64,000 nucleotides of DNA from Octopus vulgaris (taxonomy: Eukaryota), in the NCBI GenBank assembly GCA_951406725.2, contig OX597822.1:49600001-49664000 (forward strand), read 5' to 3'. A model generated the notes under the pieces. That model worked only from the letters and a program-made list of their open reading frames with translations, was not told where the DNA came from and ran no database searches. Position numbers and translations under genes: made by a program. Positions 42,581-55,769 of this stretch are shown in pieces (the first letter of the stretch is position 1; each line of letters begins with the position of its first letter).

Positions 42581-42746
42581 GTGTATATGTATGTATGTAT
42601 ATATATGTATACTAGCAGGGGTTGCTCGGTATTAGATCCCAGGGGTTGCTCGGTATTAAAATTGCATAGCTTTGTCAAGCGATGGAGGGGATACACACAC
42701 AGTAACACGTATACATACACACACACATACATATAATATATATATA

Positions 42747-42843
<97 letters not shown>

Positions 42844-43061
42844 ACAAGACATATCACCGGAACCTGCTACGTCCATCAAGTTTTGGCACCCTGGTAAATT
42901 TTTGTTTTCTGTGATATTTGTAAACACTGGCAAACAAAGTTAATACTGAAAATATTAACTCACCTATGTACATGCGCGCACACACACACACATATATATA
43001 TATACAACTGTGTTTATACGTATATATACATATGCACATATATATGTATATATATATGTAT

Positions 43062-43180
43062 ATACCAGAGTAGTCACATAAATGCGAAACAAGGTGGGAA
43101 AATTAGTAGTCGAATACCAGAGGCAGAGTAATATGCTTTTTAAAATCCAGCAAAAATATCACAAGAACTGTTACTCAGAG

Positions 43181-43181
<1 letters not shown>
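43062..43181 (-). mobile_element. pLTR 3' tail (CCGACGA family), truncated at mariner junction
   Basis: Homologous to 48937-49052 (cataaatg.gaaacaa.gtgg..aataccag.gg.agagtaatatgcttt..ctgttactc.gagtt). Confidence 0.7.
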
Positions 43182-43907
<726 letters not shown>

Positions 43908-44577
43908 GTGTTTACGTCTGTGTGCATGTTAATCATAGTTTCTTCCGTTAGTTTCAATGATGATCATGTGGTTCATTCTGTCAGTGTGAAATACTTAGTT
44001 GACATGACCAAAATTGAACCTAAAGTCTAGAGAATCGCAAAAATTATGAGACTTGGAAGGGTCGATAGCATGGCAGGGTATAGGTGAAAAAGCATTACCA
44101 GCAAACAAAAACATAAAATAGAGTTAGGATATAAAATAGTGATATGAAAACAAATGAAATATGGAAAAGGAAAAAATATAGTTTTTCGACTAAGTGATAG
44201 GTTTAAGACAGCTTTCGAAAACTGAAAACAGAAAACGAAACAAACTAGATTATACACACAGATATACGGTATTCCAACACAACGAAAAGTACTGTTTTTT
44301 TTCATTTATCTCCTGTCAAAACCCTTCTTCTAACCGTTTCAGCCGCCAGACTGCAACCACGCCCCAAGTACGTATTATTATTATTTTTAGAGTGTGGCAA
44401 TCATTTTGTCGATATCTTTTTGCCGGACCGCAATGTTACAGGAACATAACCAAACCAATATTAATTTTTGAGCAATACAAAGGCACACGGAATTCCATCC
44501 ATCCATCCATCCATCCATCCATCCATCCGTACATACATACATATATACATCCGTACGTACATATATGCATAAATCAA

Positions 44578-44960
44578 CTGTAGGAATATTGGTGGAATAT
44601 TCCCATCAAAACTTCTGTCAAATGTAAACATAAATGGCTGGATATTGTTGTTTGGGACAAAGGAGCAAAGGTATGTACCATCCTAGAGGTCAGCTGTCCT
44701 GCAGATATATTCATATCTCTTTGAAAATTAAAGAAAACAGGATATCTATTAACAACTGCTTCGAAACCTCTACCATTTATATCCAGACTATAAATTCATA
44801 TTCATACCAATAAAAATTGGAGCACTAGGTTTTGTTAGTAAATGCTTAAAGGAGAATTTGAATAAACTGAGATTTTCAGAAAGAAAAATCGACCGGCTAA
44901 TTCATACAGTGCAATCTGTGAGTGGAACAGCAAAAATATGCAAAACTACATCCCAAAGGT
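44578..44960 (+). pseudogene. RLE endonuclease C-terminal fragment of a Dong/R4-like LINE
   Basis: EYWWNIPIKTSVKCKHKWLDIVVWDKGAKVCTILEVSCPAD..LYPDYKFIFIPIKIGALGFV. Confidence 0.75.
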
Positions 44961-45168
44961 GGAACCTTGTACCTTCGTTAGAAACCGGCTCCCTCCTCAG
45001 TGGAAGATTTATAATCAATAAAAAATAGAAGAGACACATACATAAATACATACATACATGTATACAATTATATACACACATACACGCACACGCACATACA
45101 CACGCATACTCACACACACATATATATATTTATGTGTATATATATACATATATGTATATATGTATATA

Positions 45169-45221
<53 letters not shown>

Positions 45222-45225
45222 TAGC

Positions 45226-45279
<54 letters not shown>

Positions 45280-45280
<1 letters not shown>

Positions 45281-45805
45281 CACGATGGGTTTCTTTCAGT
45301 TTCTATCTCCCAAATCCACCCCGAGGGCAATAGCAGATAACACTTGCACAAAGTACCACGCAGTGAGACTGAACAAAGAACCACGTAAAGGTAGGTAAAA
45401 TTTCGTTCACGTGTCATGCCTATACATAAGGGCCGGTTTCCCGGTTTACATGGCGTATAAATCCCAACTGGTCCGTTGCAGGATTATTCATTTTTCTCAG
45501 CTGAGTGGACTGGAGCAATGTGAATTGAAGTGCTTTGCTCAAGAACACAATGCATCACCAGGTCCAGAAATCGAAGTAACAATTTTACGATCATAAGTCC
45601 AACACCCTAATCACTAATTCACGCACCTCTACTTCAGAGCTCTGTGGCCATGGAGCAAACGTTTCACCATACACCCACGCCTCAGCTTCTTTTTAAAGCT
45701 ACAGTCTCCCTATCCACTCACAAAGCTTTAGTCCGCACCGGGCTATAGTAGAAGCCACTTGCCCAAGGTAGCTCGGAAGTAAACTTCTGAGCATACAGTC
45801 ACGCT
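45280..45805 (-). mobile_element. Cluster of decayed SINE fragments (family 1 pieces plus another tRNA-headed SINE at about 45430-45630)
   Basis: acgatgggtttctttcagttt.., ccactcacaaagcttt..ggctatagtagaag..cacttgcccaagg, and ctgagtggactggagcaa.gtgaa.tgaagtg.tttgctcaagaacacaa. Confidence 0.65.
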
Positions 45806-46380
45806 TGAAGATTTAAAAGAAATTTAAACTCGTTTTGATATTTTCTTTTGAATGTCATCTGAACGAAAAATGCGAGGATACATCTACACACACAGACACA
45901 CACATATACTCACACACACACGCACACACACACTCAACTCGCATACATTACACCTACATGTAGATATAGCTATCTTATTTTCGGCCCACTTACCTGTACC
46001 CTGTTTTCATAAATATCGATATTTCGATCCCCCCACTCAAAAAAACCCCCAAAAAACCCTTCAGAATAGAAGCATTTTATCCCATTCTATTTTATAGCCA
46101 ACGATTACGTTTTACATTTGTATCATATATTCTGCGGCATTAAATTAAAATATATGAAAACAACATGAATAACAGTATGTAACCTTATGCAGCTCCATGG
46201 CATAAGCAGTGAACGAGAAAATATCGGGGTACATTTTTGTTTTTATATATATAAACACATACATACGTACAAATACAGATAAATGTGTACATATACATAT
46301 ATTTGTTTGTATATACATATGTACATATCATAAATATATACATATCTTTACATAATACAAATATATACATATCTTTACAT

Positions 46381-46434
<54 letters not shown>

Positions 46435-46664
46435 TATAGTAATAAATAAGAGGTATAGAAATAGAGAGAAGTAAAACTACACTATTGATTAATCGATTTT
46501 TATCTATCAAACCAGCTATTGTAATATTTAACATTATTTATACATCCAATACATTATTCTGTCGAAATGTTTGTGCGTATAATACACGTTTATCTATGCA
46601 TATATAAGCATAACAGCATTCACACAAACGGATATGTATTATGTATGCGTACATCTTTTATATT

Positions 46665-47015
46665 TTATTTTTTACTTGTTTCGGTCAATAGACAGCGGAT
46701 GTACTGGGGCACCACCCTGAAGAATTTTAGTCGAATGAGCTGACCCCAGCACTTTATCAAGTCTTTCGCCGAACCACTAATTGGGAGGTGGGGTGTGCGT
46801 AAGCCCCACAGACCGTCTTGCGGTGGGAGTAGAGACAAACACAGGCACAAAGACACACGCCCCCTATATATATACATACATACGATGGGTTTCTTTCAAA
46901 TTCCATCATCCAGATCCACTCAAGTCTATAGTTGAAAACACTAGGTGAAGGCGCGACGCGGTGGTACCTAACCTGGAACCATGTGGTTGGGAAGCAAACT
47001 TCTTACCACACCACC
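46665..47015 (-). mobile_element. tRNA-derived SINE family 1 (decayed)
   Basis: ggaaccatgtggttgggaagcaaacttcttaccaca head (reverse) and ttagtcgaatgagctgaccccagcac tail. Confidence 0.75.
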
Positions 47016-47254
47016 ACTTCTAAGACTATATATGCTTATTGAAACCTGCAGACATATTGTCTATTGGAATGAACAATGGAAATCATTGGTTCATGAAAAT
47101 GTTCTTCATTAATTATAACAGTATGTAATATAAGACATTTTAAAAATCGAATCGGAAAAATATCTTTTTCTCTTTTATGGAAATTATTGAATAATATGGA
47201 AATACCTTAAGCGAAAAAAATCAATTTGGTTATCGTGATCATCGAGATCTATGT

Positions 47255-47303
<49 letters not shown>

Positions 47304-48099
47304 TGCGTGTGTGAGTGCGTATGTGTGTGTGCGCGTTTGCGTATAAATATACATATACATATATACACATACATACATACATACATACATACATACATAC
47401 ATCTGCATAACAGCCCATTAACTATTCTACCTGTATATTTATATACAGGTAGGATAGTTAGTGGGTAGAATAGTTAGTAGAATAATTAGTGGGTTGTTAT
47501 GTAGATGCATGTATATGTGTGTGTGTGTGTGTATATGTATATATATATGCACAGGTATTCAGGCAAATGGATATGAAAATAAACATGACTCCATATTAAG
47601 ATTGACACTGAACTCACAGCTGTAAACAAAATTGCGCAATTTGCTTCTAAAGTAAGCTAAACGTAACGGCTATCAAATGTCAAAAGGAAAAAATATCATT
47701 GACGTAATTCATAAGAAAAAAATTATAACTCTATTTGCGCAAAACGAAATTAATTTCTTGCCAGCCTAATATATACAGCGTGTTTAAAACTCTTCCTCCG
47801 AGAACATTTGGAAAGTAATAAAATCATTTCCGTAGTACAAGCAGCTGGGATGGAGGGTGTTTTGTGATGTGTTTCGGGCTCCAGAGAGCATAGTCAAAGC
47901 CATAACTGACCTGCTGTCATCGTAGGCCACCATCTTGAAGTTAAATACTGCTAAAATACAGTATAGCAAAGGTATATTCGAAGGTAACGGCTGCTCTGCG
48001 AAGCCTTTAATACTTTCATTAAACTCCTTGTCATTCATATAAAGTTTCAAGGATATCTTACTGATTCGCATAGAAAGGATTGCTTATGTGAAACTCTTC

Positions 48100-48680
48100 G
48101 CATGGAGAGCTGAGAAGTTTAATACATCCCACTTTGAACGCTACTACTATGCAATTCAAGGGCAAGAGATTTCCACTAAGTACCTACTGCATAAAGAAGC
48201 AGAAAATTTTGACAGACAACAAAAATAAGACGTGAAAAGACCAAAACCGAAGACTGTGAGAGAATATCTTTCAGATATTATCTTCCCATAATGGATGATG
48301 CAATAGTCAGAATGATCTGGAACAGGATGACAGAAAAGAAAACACCTAAGTCGAAGTTGAATATATTGAAACCAATGGGTCAAAAGAATGTTGGAACTTA
48401 ATTATTAAAACAACCACCAAGTTAGAAAAACAAGCGGCCAGCTATTGTTTTGTGGGTAGGAATTCAGCTACCCCTGGATACCAATGTGGTTTGAAAAATA
48501 CAAGAGAAAGACGATATTTACGAAGCATTAAAAAGAAGTTTGCAAATCTAGTAGCGACGATAAACTTTCAGCTTCGTTCCTATTCTTGTTGGAGCAACAT
48601 GATGCATACCAACCCGTTTTAAGAAAATTATGGCTATATTTGGGTTCTTGGGGAGACAACGCAAATTCTTACTTCATACA
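48100..48680 (+). mobile_element. Decayed RLE-type LINE 3' fragment
   Basis: EFSYPLDTNVV*KIQEKDDIYEALKRSLQI..FSFVPILVGA, similar to the 44578 fragment. Confidence 0.5.
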
Positions 48681-48902
48681 CCAGAATTGATCGTGATACC
48701 TGGGACTATAGAAATCTGCATGGCCGTATTAATATATTAAGGATGATGAGCAAAACAGGATACTTGTATTCTCAACCTTGCATCCAAATATGTAACCGTT
48801 CAAAATGTACTCTAAATTAAAAAGACAAAAGGAACTTACATATATAATATACATACGTACATACATACATAATACATACATACATACATACATAAATACA
48901 TG

Positions 48903-48936
<34 letters not shown>

Positions 48937-48938
<2 letters not shown>

Positions 48939-49090
48939 GGAGTAAACTCATAAATGTGAAACAATGTGGAAAAAAGAGTACTCAAATACCAGTGGTAGAG
49001 TAATATGCTTTATTTAAAGCAGCAGAAAATTCAACAAAACCTGTTACTCTGAGTTTCCCGTTGCCGTTCGTCGGACAGTTTTTGCTAGAA
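48937..49090 (-). mobile_element. pLTR with minimal HHR (49041-49078)
   Basis: aaaaCUGU-CCGACGA-ACG gcaa CGG-GAAA-CUC a GAG-UA/ACAG, followed by AAUAAA and a tail into (TA)n. Confidence 0.7.
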
Positions 49091-49175
49091 TGGAACCGAT
49101 ATGTCAATTCTATCCAGACTATTACAAACACTACACCTTAGTGTAGCTTTAAATAAAGTATATATATATATATAT

Positions 49176-50487
49176 CATAGCTCCTTCCCTGACCCTACCT
49201 CTCAACCTGGCTCGTTCCTCTGCTCCCGCCCACGTTGCCGCACTTGCCCTTACTTCTCCAACACCACCCTCCTCACTGGCACCCATCATCGACCCTTTCG
49301 CATCATCAACTCCTTCACCTGCACCTCCAGCAATATTATCTATTGCGTCTCTTGCTCTCTCTGCCATTCCCTGTACATCGGACAAACGGGACGCCGCTTG
49401 GCTGACCGGTTCGCGGAACACCTTCGTGACATCCACCTTGTCTCCGGTCACCGGTCTCACGCCATTTCCGCTCACCGGTCACTCCTTGCAACACCTGTCT
49501 GTGTTCGGTTTCTCCTTAAACAGAGGCCATCCGGATTCCCGTTTGTGCCGTGAACAGGAATTAATCTTCTCTCTTCGCTCTTATGCGCCATTTGGTCTCA
49601 ACTCTCCCCCATCCTCATCTACCCCCTCTCCCCCTCCTCATCTAACCTCCCCCGACCCCTACTTCTCTTCAGTCCTTCATCCTTTCACCCCTACTCCTCT
49701 TCCCTTCTTCCCTCTTTCTCCCTCCTTCTTCCCTCTTCCCCTCCTCTGCTCCCTCACTCCCCTTCTCTCCCTCCCCCTCTCCCTCTATCCTCCCACCTCC
49801 TCTCCCCTCCTCTTCTCCTCTCCTTCCTTCTCCCCCTTCTCTTCTCCTCTCCTTCCTTCTTGCCCCACCCCTTCCCCCTCCTCTTCTCCCCTTTCCTTCT
49901 CCCCTCTTCTCCCCTTTCCTTCCCCCCTCGTCTCCCCTTTCCTTCTCCCCTCTTCTCCCCTTTCCTTCTCCCCCCTCCCCTCCCCCTCCCCTCTCCCCCT
50001 CCCCTCCCCATCTTTTCCTCTCTCTACACTACACCATACGACTTTACACATCACATCATATATACATACACACGTCTAGACCTCTCATACGCACTAATAC
50101 TCTCTCATACACACACACACACACTCTTCTCATACACACACACACACACACACTCTTATGTTTGAGCGGGGTCATTCAACCCTATTATCTCCCCTAATTT
50201 CGCTCTTGCGTCTCATGTTTGATCTTTGACTTCTGGCCGAAATCAGATCGCCATGTTGATTCGCTAGCTTTTGCACGCATATTTTTTTCTCTCCTTCTTT
50301 CTGTGATTTTTTCTCTGTGTATCTTTCTGTTGAAGAGCGTAGGCTCGAAACGTTAAAGACTTGTTTCATTTATATTTCCTGAACGCCATACTAATACAAT
50401 TGTTTGTTTGTATTCCACCTGCCTTCGTCTTTTGTTTACTTCTGTAAACCTGCCTTCGTCTTTTGTCTATTTTCATAAAGCTTCCCG

Positions 50488-50488
<1 letters not shown>
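49176..50488 (+). mobile_element. PLE 3' end: Zn-binding linker + GIY-YIG endonuclease, polypyrimidine tract and HHR-like pLTR
   Basis: PGSFLCSRPRCRTCP..FTCTSSNIIYCVSCSLCHSLYIGQTGRRLADRFAEHLRDI..RLCREQELIFSLRSYAPFGLN. C/T tract at 49600-50030. HHR-like UCUUU-CUGUUGA-a-GAGC guag GCUC-GAAACGUU-AAAGA at 50322-50359. Confidence 0.85.
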
Positions 50489-50533
<45 letters not shown>

Positions 50534-50690
50534 CGCCATAATAATATGGCAGTCTATAAATAAGACTAAAGCTGTCGCTGATTAGCTCCAAGAGGCCATC
50601 GCCTCTAGCTAGCTATTTGACACACGAACCTGCGTCCATTACAACCTTCGAACAGGGGAGGTCAGCCGCTTCACCTTGCTAGTCAGACAT

Positions 50691-50731
50691 CTGCAGACAT
50701 GTTTCACGGTTGTTGCCCTTTATCAATGCAG
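50691..50731 (-). ncRNA. Type I hammerhead ribozyme, U3-A8 variant (downstream copy)
   Basis: CUGCA-UUGAUAA-AGGG caacaa CCGU-GAAA-CAUG-UC/UGCAG. One helix II mismatch. Confidence 0.75.
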
Positions 50732-51050
50732 TGTAGCCAGAACCAGCAGGTGTCGTTACTGACCGTCTGTTCGAAGATTTTATTTACCTAGTTACAGTGG
50801 AATACATTCACTTGTTTTCAATAATAGAAATATTAAAATTACTAAGTCTCTCTAAAGGAGATTACGGCAGCGTTACTGGGTATTAATATTTATCGCCATA
50901 CTAATATGGCAGTCTATAAATAAGACTAAAGCTGTCGCTGAATAGCTCCAAGAGGCCATCGCCTCTAGCTAGCTATTTGACACACGAACCTGCGTCCATT
51001 ACAACCTTCGAACAGGGGAGGTCAGTCGCTTCACCTTGCTAGTCAGACAT

Positions 51051-51091
51051 CTGCAGACATGTTTCAGGGTTGTTACCCTTTATCAATGCAG
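51051..51091 (-). ncRNA. Type I hammerhead ribozyme, U3-A8 variant (upstream copy)
   Basis: CUGCA-UUGAUAA-AGGGU aaca ACCCU-GAAA-CAUG-UC/UGCAG. Helices I and II are perfect; helix III is the palindrome ACAUGU. Confidence 0.85.
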
Positions 51092-51319
51092 CGTAGCCAG
51101 AACCAGCAGGTGTCGCTACTTACTAAACTTAATTCACTTGTTATTTCTTAGCTCAAACTTTTATTGCTATTTCTATTTCTAAATTTCCTAGCTATTTTTT
51201 AAATAATTACATTACTTTAGTTATATCTCGTTTACCACTCACTATACTTACTAAATTAACTCAATTGTTATTGCTTGGCTCTAACTTATATTGCTATTTC
51301 TATTTCTAAATTGCCTACG

Positions 51320-51735
51320 AAAAGTCGAGTGGATCTTATGCGTACACGCCCGTATTGCATCAGTGAACTTATTTAACACAGCGTTGTTGTAATTTTTCAA
51401 TATAGTATATGCCTACTTTATGCATAAAACGCATCTAGTAGACCCAATTCTATAACGGGAAGCATGCGCAAGGATAGCCCATGATATTCTGAATTCAACA
51501 TTCCTTTCCTTAAGGTCATTAACATGTAATGCCAATGTTGTAGAGGTCCTATATTTAGGATTGTTGAAAGAGCTCAGGTGGGATCGATACCTCTGCTTAA
51601 AGCCTACTGTGCTTCCATTATATATTGGAAAATTGTCGCCAGGAAAATGTAGTTTATAAATGTAGAGTTGAGGCTCAAGGAGGTAAGAGAATAATATATA
51701 TTGGAAGCACAGTAAACTTTAAGCATAAGGGAGGC
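51320..51735. pseudogene. PLE GIY-YIG endonuclease split by an inversion
   Basis: (-) 51603-51320 FKQRYRSHLSSFNNPKYRTSTTLALHVNDLKERNVEFRISWAILAHASRYRIGSTRCVLCIK*..LNK..ACTHK. (+) 51625-51730 ENCRQENVVYKCRVEAQGGKRIIYIGSTVNFKH. Confidence 0.85.
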
Positions 51736-51738
51736 ATA

Positions 51739-51773
<35 letters not shown>

Positions 51774-51787
51774 TATATATATATACG

Positions 51788-52082
51788 TGGAGGCGCAATT
51801 GCCCAGTGGTTAGGGCAGCGGACTCGCAGTTGTAGGACCGGGCGTTGTGAGTGTTTATTGAGCGAAAATACCTAAAGCTCCATGAGCTCCGGCAGGGGGG
51901 CGTGGCGATCCCTCCTGTACTCTTTCGCCACGACTTTCTCTCACTCTTTCTTCTGTTGGCCTGCTCGCTTAGCCAGCGGGGTGGCGTCATTTGAAGGCTA
52001 AGACAATGCGCAGCGCATTGTGACCAGCAATGTGTAGCAACATCTGATAGCCTGGTCGGACACGGTGATCACGGTGATCACG

Positions 52083-52088
<6 letters not shown>
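51788..52088 (+). mobile_element. tRNA-derived SINE sharing the family 2 head/core with a different tail
   Basis: Same ggaggcgcaattgcccagtggttagggcagcggactcgc head as 16590 (B-box segment deleted) and the same core. Distinct tail ending (cacggtgat)x3. Confidence 0.85.
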
Positions 52089-52153
<65 letters not shown>

Positions 52154-52314
52154 TTATATATAAACTTATACAGTAGTTAAGCTGCCGGGCTGTGCGTTTT
52201 AATTTTTGAGAAAAACATTTCACTTCACGTTGAAAGTAAGGCAAAGTGCATTGTTTCAAACGATGTGTAACAACCATCTGATAGTCTGTCTATCTGTCTT
52301 TCTAACAATCGTTC

Positions 52315-52381
<67 letters not shown>

Positions 52382-53099
52382 ATGTGTGTATTAGGACAAT
52401 GTAGTTATTAAAATTTATCATTTAATCACATCTTCGGTAACTTAATATGCTGTTGCAAATACTAAAAAAGCAAAAAAACAAAAAAAAAACAAAATTTTAC
52501 CCACTGTTTTGCATTTAAAACTAATTATATTCACAACACACATAAATATTTAATAAATTGCTCAATTCTATCGCTGAAGTGATGTTTTTATTCCCTCACA
52601 TTTCTTCCATATTCAATATATATTTACTACAAGTGACACTTGATTGCCATTTATTTGAAATAGTTGTTTTTTATGCATAAAATTGGGGATAATTTTAATT
52701 TAAACGTTACTATTCTCTGCTCAGTGAGACAATTCCGAAAACTTGCTTTCATTTAATACTGCAATTTTCTGTCAATAACTTAATGTTTCATTTTTTTTAG
52801 TTAAATGTGAATATTATGAAAACATTTTTGTTTTCATTCATTTTTAGCTTCTATTTAAAACATAACTTATATTTGTATCATTTCCTCACTCTTCTGTTTC
52901 AAACATTTGGTAATATTTTAGGCATTAAAAAAAGTGAGAACTTTTTTAATGGAAAAGTTCCATTTCATTTCAGTTGAAACTTAATAAAACCTGCCTTTCA
53001 CTTCCTGTTAGAAATTCTATCCTTAACATTAATACAAAGAAAAAATATTTCTTTCCGTCTTCTCATTGATTGTTAGTATTTAGAAGATAATTGTTTGCA

Positions 53100-54900
53100 A
53101 CATTTACCATTACAATATGTATGTAGTTCTAGGTGTGTCACTCGGAGAGTCAATTGAGCGACAAATAAGATCAATATTCAAGATGGGATACAAACGAGAG
53201 GTAATATTAGAAGAAACTCTCTCCACGATAAGGGAGTCAGTAAGTAGAAAGTAGGGCGCACTTATGAACATTTATCCCGGCTTCAGTTGTGATGCTCCCA
53301 GATACTTATATGTGAGAAAAGATGATAGGGGAGCTAGAGAAACAGCGGGGCAATATCACACTCGATATATCATACTGGTTTGTACAGAAACGAAGAACAG
53401 GCAGAACGAAAGTTAAAGATAACATCAAGGACGCCACAGTTCACCACAGTTCTAAAGTTATGAAATATTCCATTATCAGGAGGCAAGAATCTGTTGTTTA
53501 ACAACAAACCACATTCCAAACTAAAGCTGTGGCAATTAGGCTACATGTCAGAAGTATGCTAATCCTGGGAAATAGAAAGAAAAACACCAGGATGTGTTGT
53601 GCCAAAACTTTATTAACTAACCCACGTTAAATTCCAAATGTTTTCTGAAGCTGTTGAGATCCTATAATTCATTATTTCAGATGACATCTTACGGTACAAA
53701 CATAACAAATTTTGGATTCGTTCTTACATTCAAAGTGAACATCTACCATGATCTACCATGAAAATGGATCACTGGAACCCTAAGTAAATGATCTGCCATG
53801 GATTTTGCCCATTTTCTGCATAGGAATGTGCAGGAAGAATGCCGTTGTAATTTTACGGATTCTAAGAAGGTCTCTTGGCATATCAGCTGTATATTTGCTG
53901 AATATATGTTGATATTGTTCAAACTGGGAGAAATAGTTTATACAAGCCATGAATTAGTATGCGTAAAAACCTGCGTAGCATACTTTGTTGTCTGTAAATG
54001 TAAAATTCCGAGCCGGTATCGAAATTTTCTATGTAAATAGATGAGCGAATCTGAAGAACGTCTTAATTACGACAAAAGCTCATGATGTGTTCCATAAGTT
54101 ATATAACATCTTCAGAATTGAAAGATGTGGCATATGCACAATAGTGGTAGAAAAGGGGCCTTCATCGTACATACACTCTCATGTATTCTCATGTAATAGA
54201 TTAAATCATACCTATAAAAGATAAAACTCTTTAAATTTCATCAAAACAACAATAGCTCATATATTCATTTCAACCATTTCTCATTCTATTACCTGATGAA
54301 AACTCAGCACGCTGTTGTTGCCTTATCTATGCTTCTTGTAGGCTGATCTGCTTCCGTTGGAAAACTTAAGTTTGGACAGGATTTTAAGAATGCCGGATGT
54401 AGTTCTTGCAGAGGTAGATGCGACTCTAAACGCAAGTAGTCCTTGCATGAAAAACTGTAAATCATAGTATAATAAAAATAATTTCTTATATTATGATGAT
54501 GTGTATTCTTTATACTGGAGAAGAAAAAATTTAAAAATAGTAATAATGTTAAGACATATTGGATAGTCTTAGTTAAGACAATATTGGATAGTAACCTACT
54601 GACCATGCTTTTCAAACGTCATTGACTCATATATTCAAGTCAAATGTCTCCAGGCTATTCATGTGAGCACAAGACCTAGGATGTTTATGGAATAATTAGC
54701 CAATTTCAACAATTGCTGTTCAATTTTGGGGGTGACTATGCAGACTATTTACACATGGCTGAAGAAAAAGCTCTATACGTTGGAAACAGCCCTACATTAA
54801 AAGCCTTAAAAGGGACAAAGAAACCGCCAACGCATTGATTTTATTGGCAGAAACACTTACGAAATTGAAGACCTACCAAAGAAAATGCCTGAGAGAGATT
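53100..54900 (+). mobile_element. Highly decayed LINE relic (tentative, Dong/R4-like)
   Basis: Remnant RYLYVRKDDRGA resembling the DRLY..R..GGRG motif. No intact ORF. Confidence 0.3.
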
Positions 54901-55649
54901 CCCGGAGGAGCATGATAAAACACATCTAAGTTGTGACGGATTGAAGCAAATATCTTTGATGGCAATTGACACCAAATCACAAGATAATGCTGTTGAAATT
55001 GGTATGAGATCTCAACGATATGTACGATGAATCTTAATAACTTACGGAAATAATAACTAGTTCTTTCATCTCCTACATATGATGGCTAGTTACATAACAA
55101 ATCACAATATTCTTACAAACAATATTTTGACAAGAAGATATCAGTGAATATAGGTGAAAAGAATATGTGCGTATAAAACTATAAATACCAGCTGTAAATG
55201 ACAAAAACACAATAGCACGGTATATAATTAGCTAAATACTTGGAGTATAAAAAGAAATCAAGAGAAGGGAACAATGAAAAATTGATTGATATTGAGAAGA
55301 AAATAACTAGTAAAAATAAATGATAACACAGAAGATATTTTAAACTAATAGAACTTAAGTGACTAGAATTATCACATTAGCAGTAGTAGCAGCAGCTATG
55401 TCAGAAAAACTGACAGATAAACGAATTAGTGAGACAAGACAATACAAAAAAATGGTTGTCATGATTTAAAATGTATTAACCAAAACGGAAAATTGACACG
55501 CTATATTTATTTTACGATAAACAGAAAAAAATTTACCATTTAGAAAGCTCTTAAAACTTACAACTTCTATATCAATCTCACAGGAACTTGGGATGATGGA
55601 AGATACAGCAAAATCATTTGCAGAAAGGGGTACGTGACTGCACGTGCGC

Positions 55650-55692
<43 letters not shown>

Positions 55693-55769
55693 CATACAAA
55701 TATATATTCATACATACAAATATATATATATATGTACATATATATATTTGTATATACATGAATATATGG

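Larger units (their letters stand above)
50526..51120 (-). mobile_element. Retrozyme-like tandem HHR repeat, family B (360-bp period, ~1.65 units)
   Basis: 50526-50760 is repeated at 50886-51120 with few substitutions. Each unit contains an HHR; ends at (TA)n. Confidence 0.85.

Noticed and set aside
49426-50165. Pro/Ser-rich and Gly/Glu/Arg-rich ORFs
   Set aside because: Polypyrimidine tract downstream of the PLE endonuclease; not a host protein.
50570-50668. HDV-like, twister or pistol ribozyme reading of the conserved motif
   Set aside because: GCUAA and CUCCC resemble HDV J4/2 and L3, but P1/P3 pairings were not consistent across the three families; twister and pistol pseudoknots not found.
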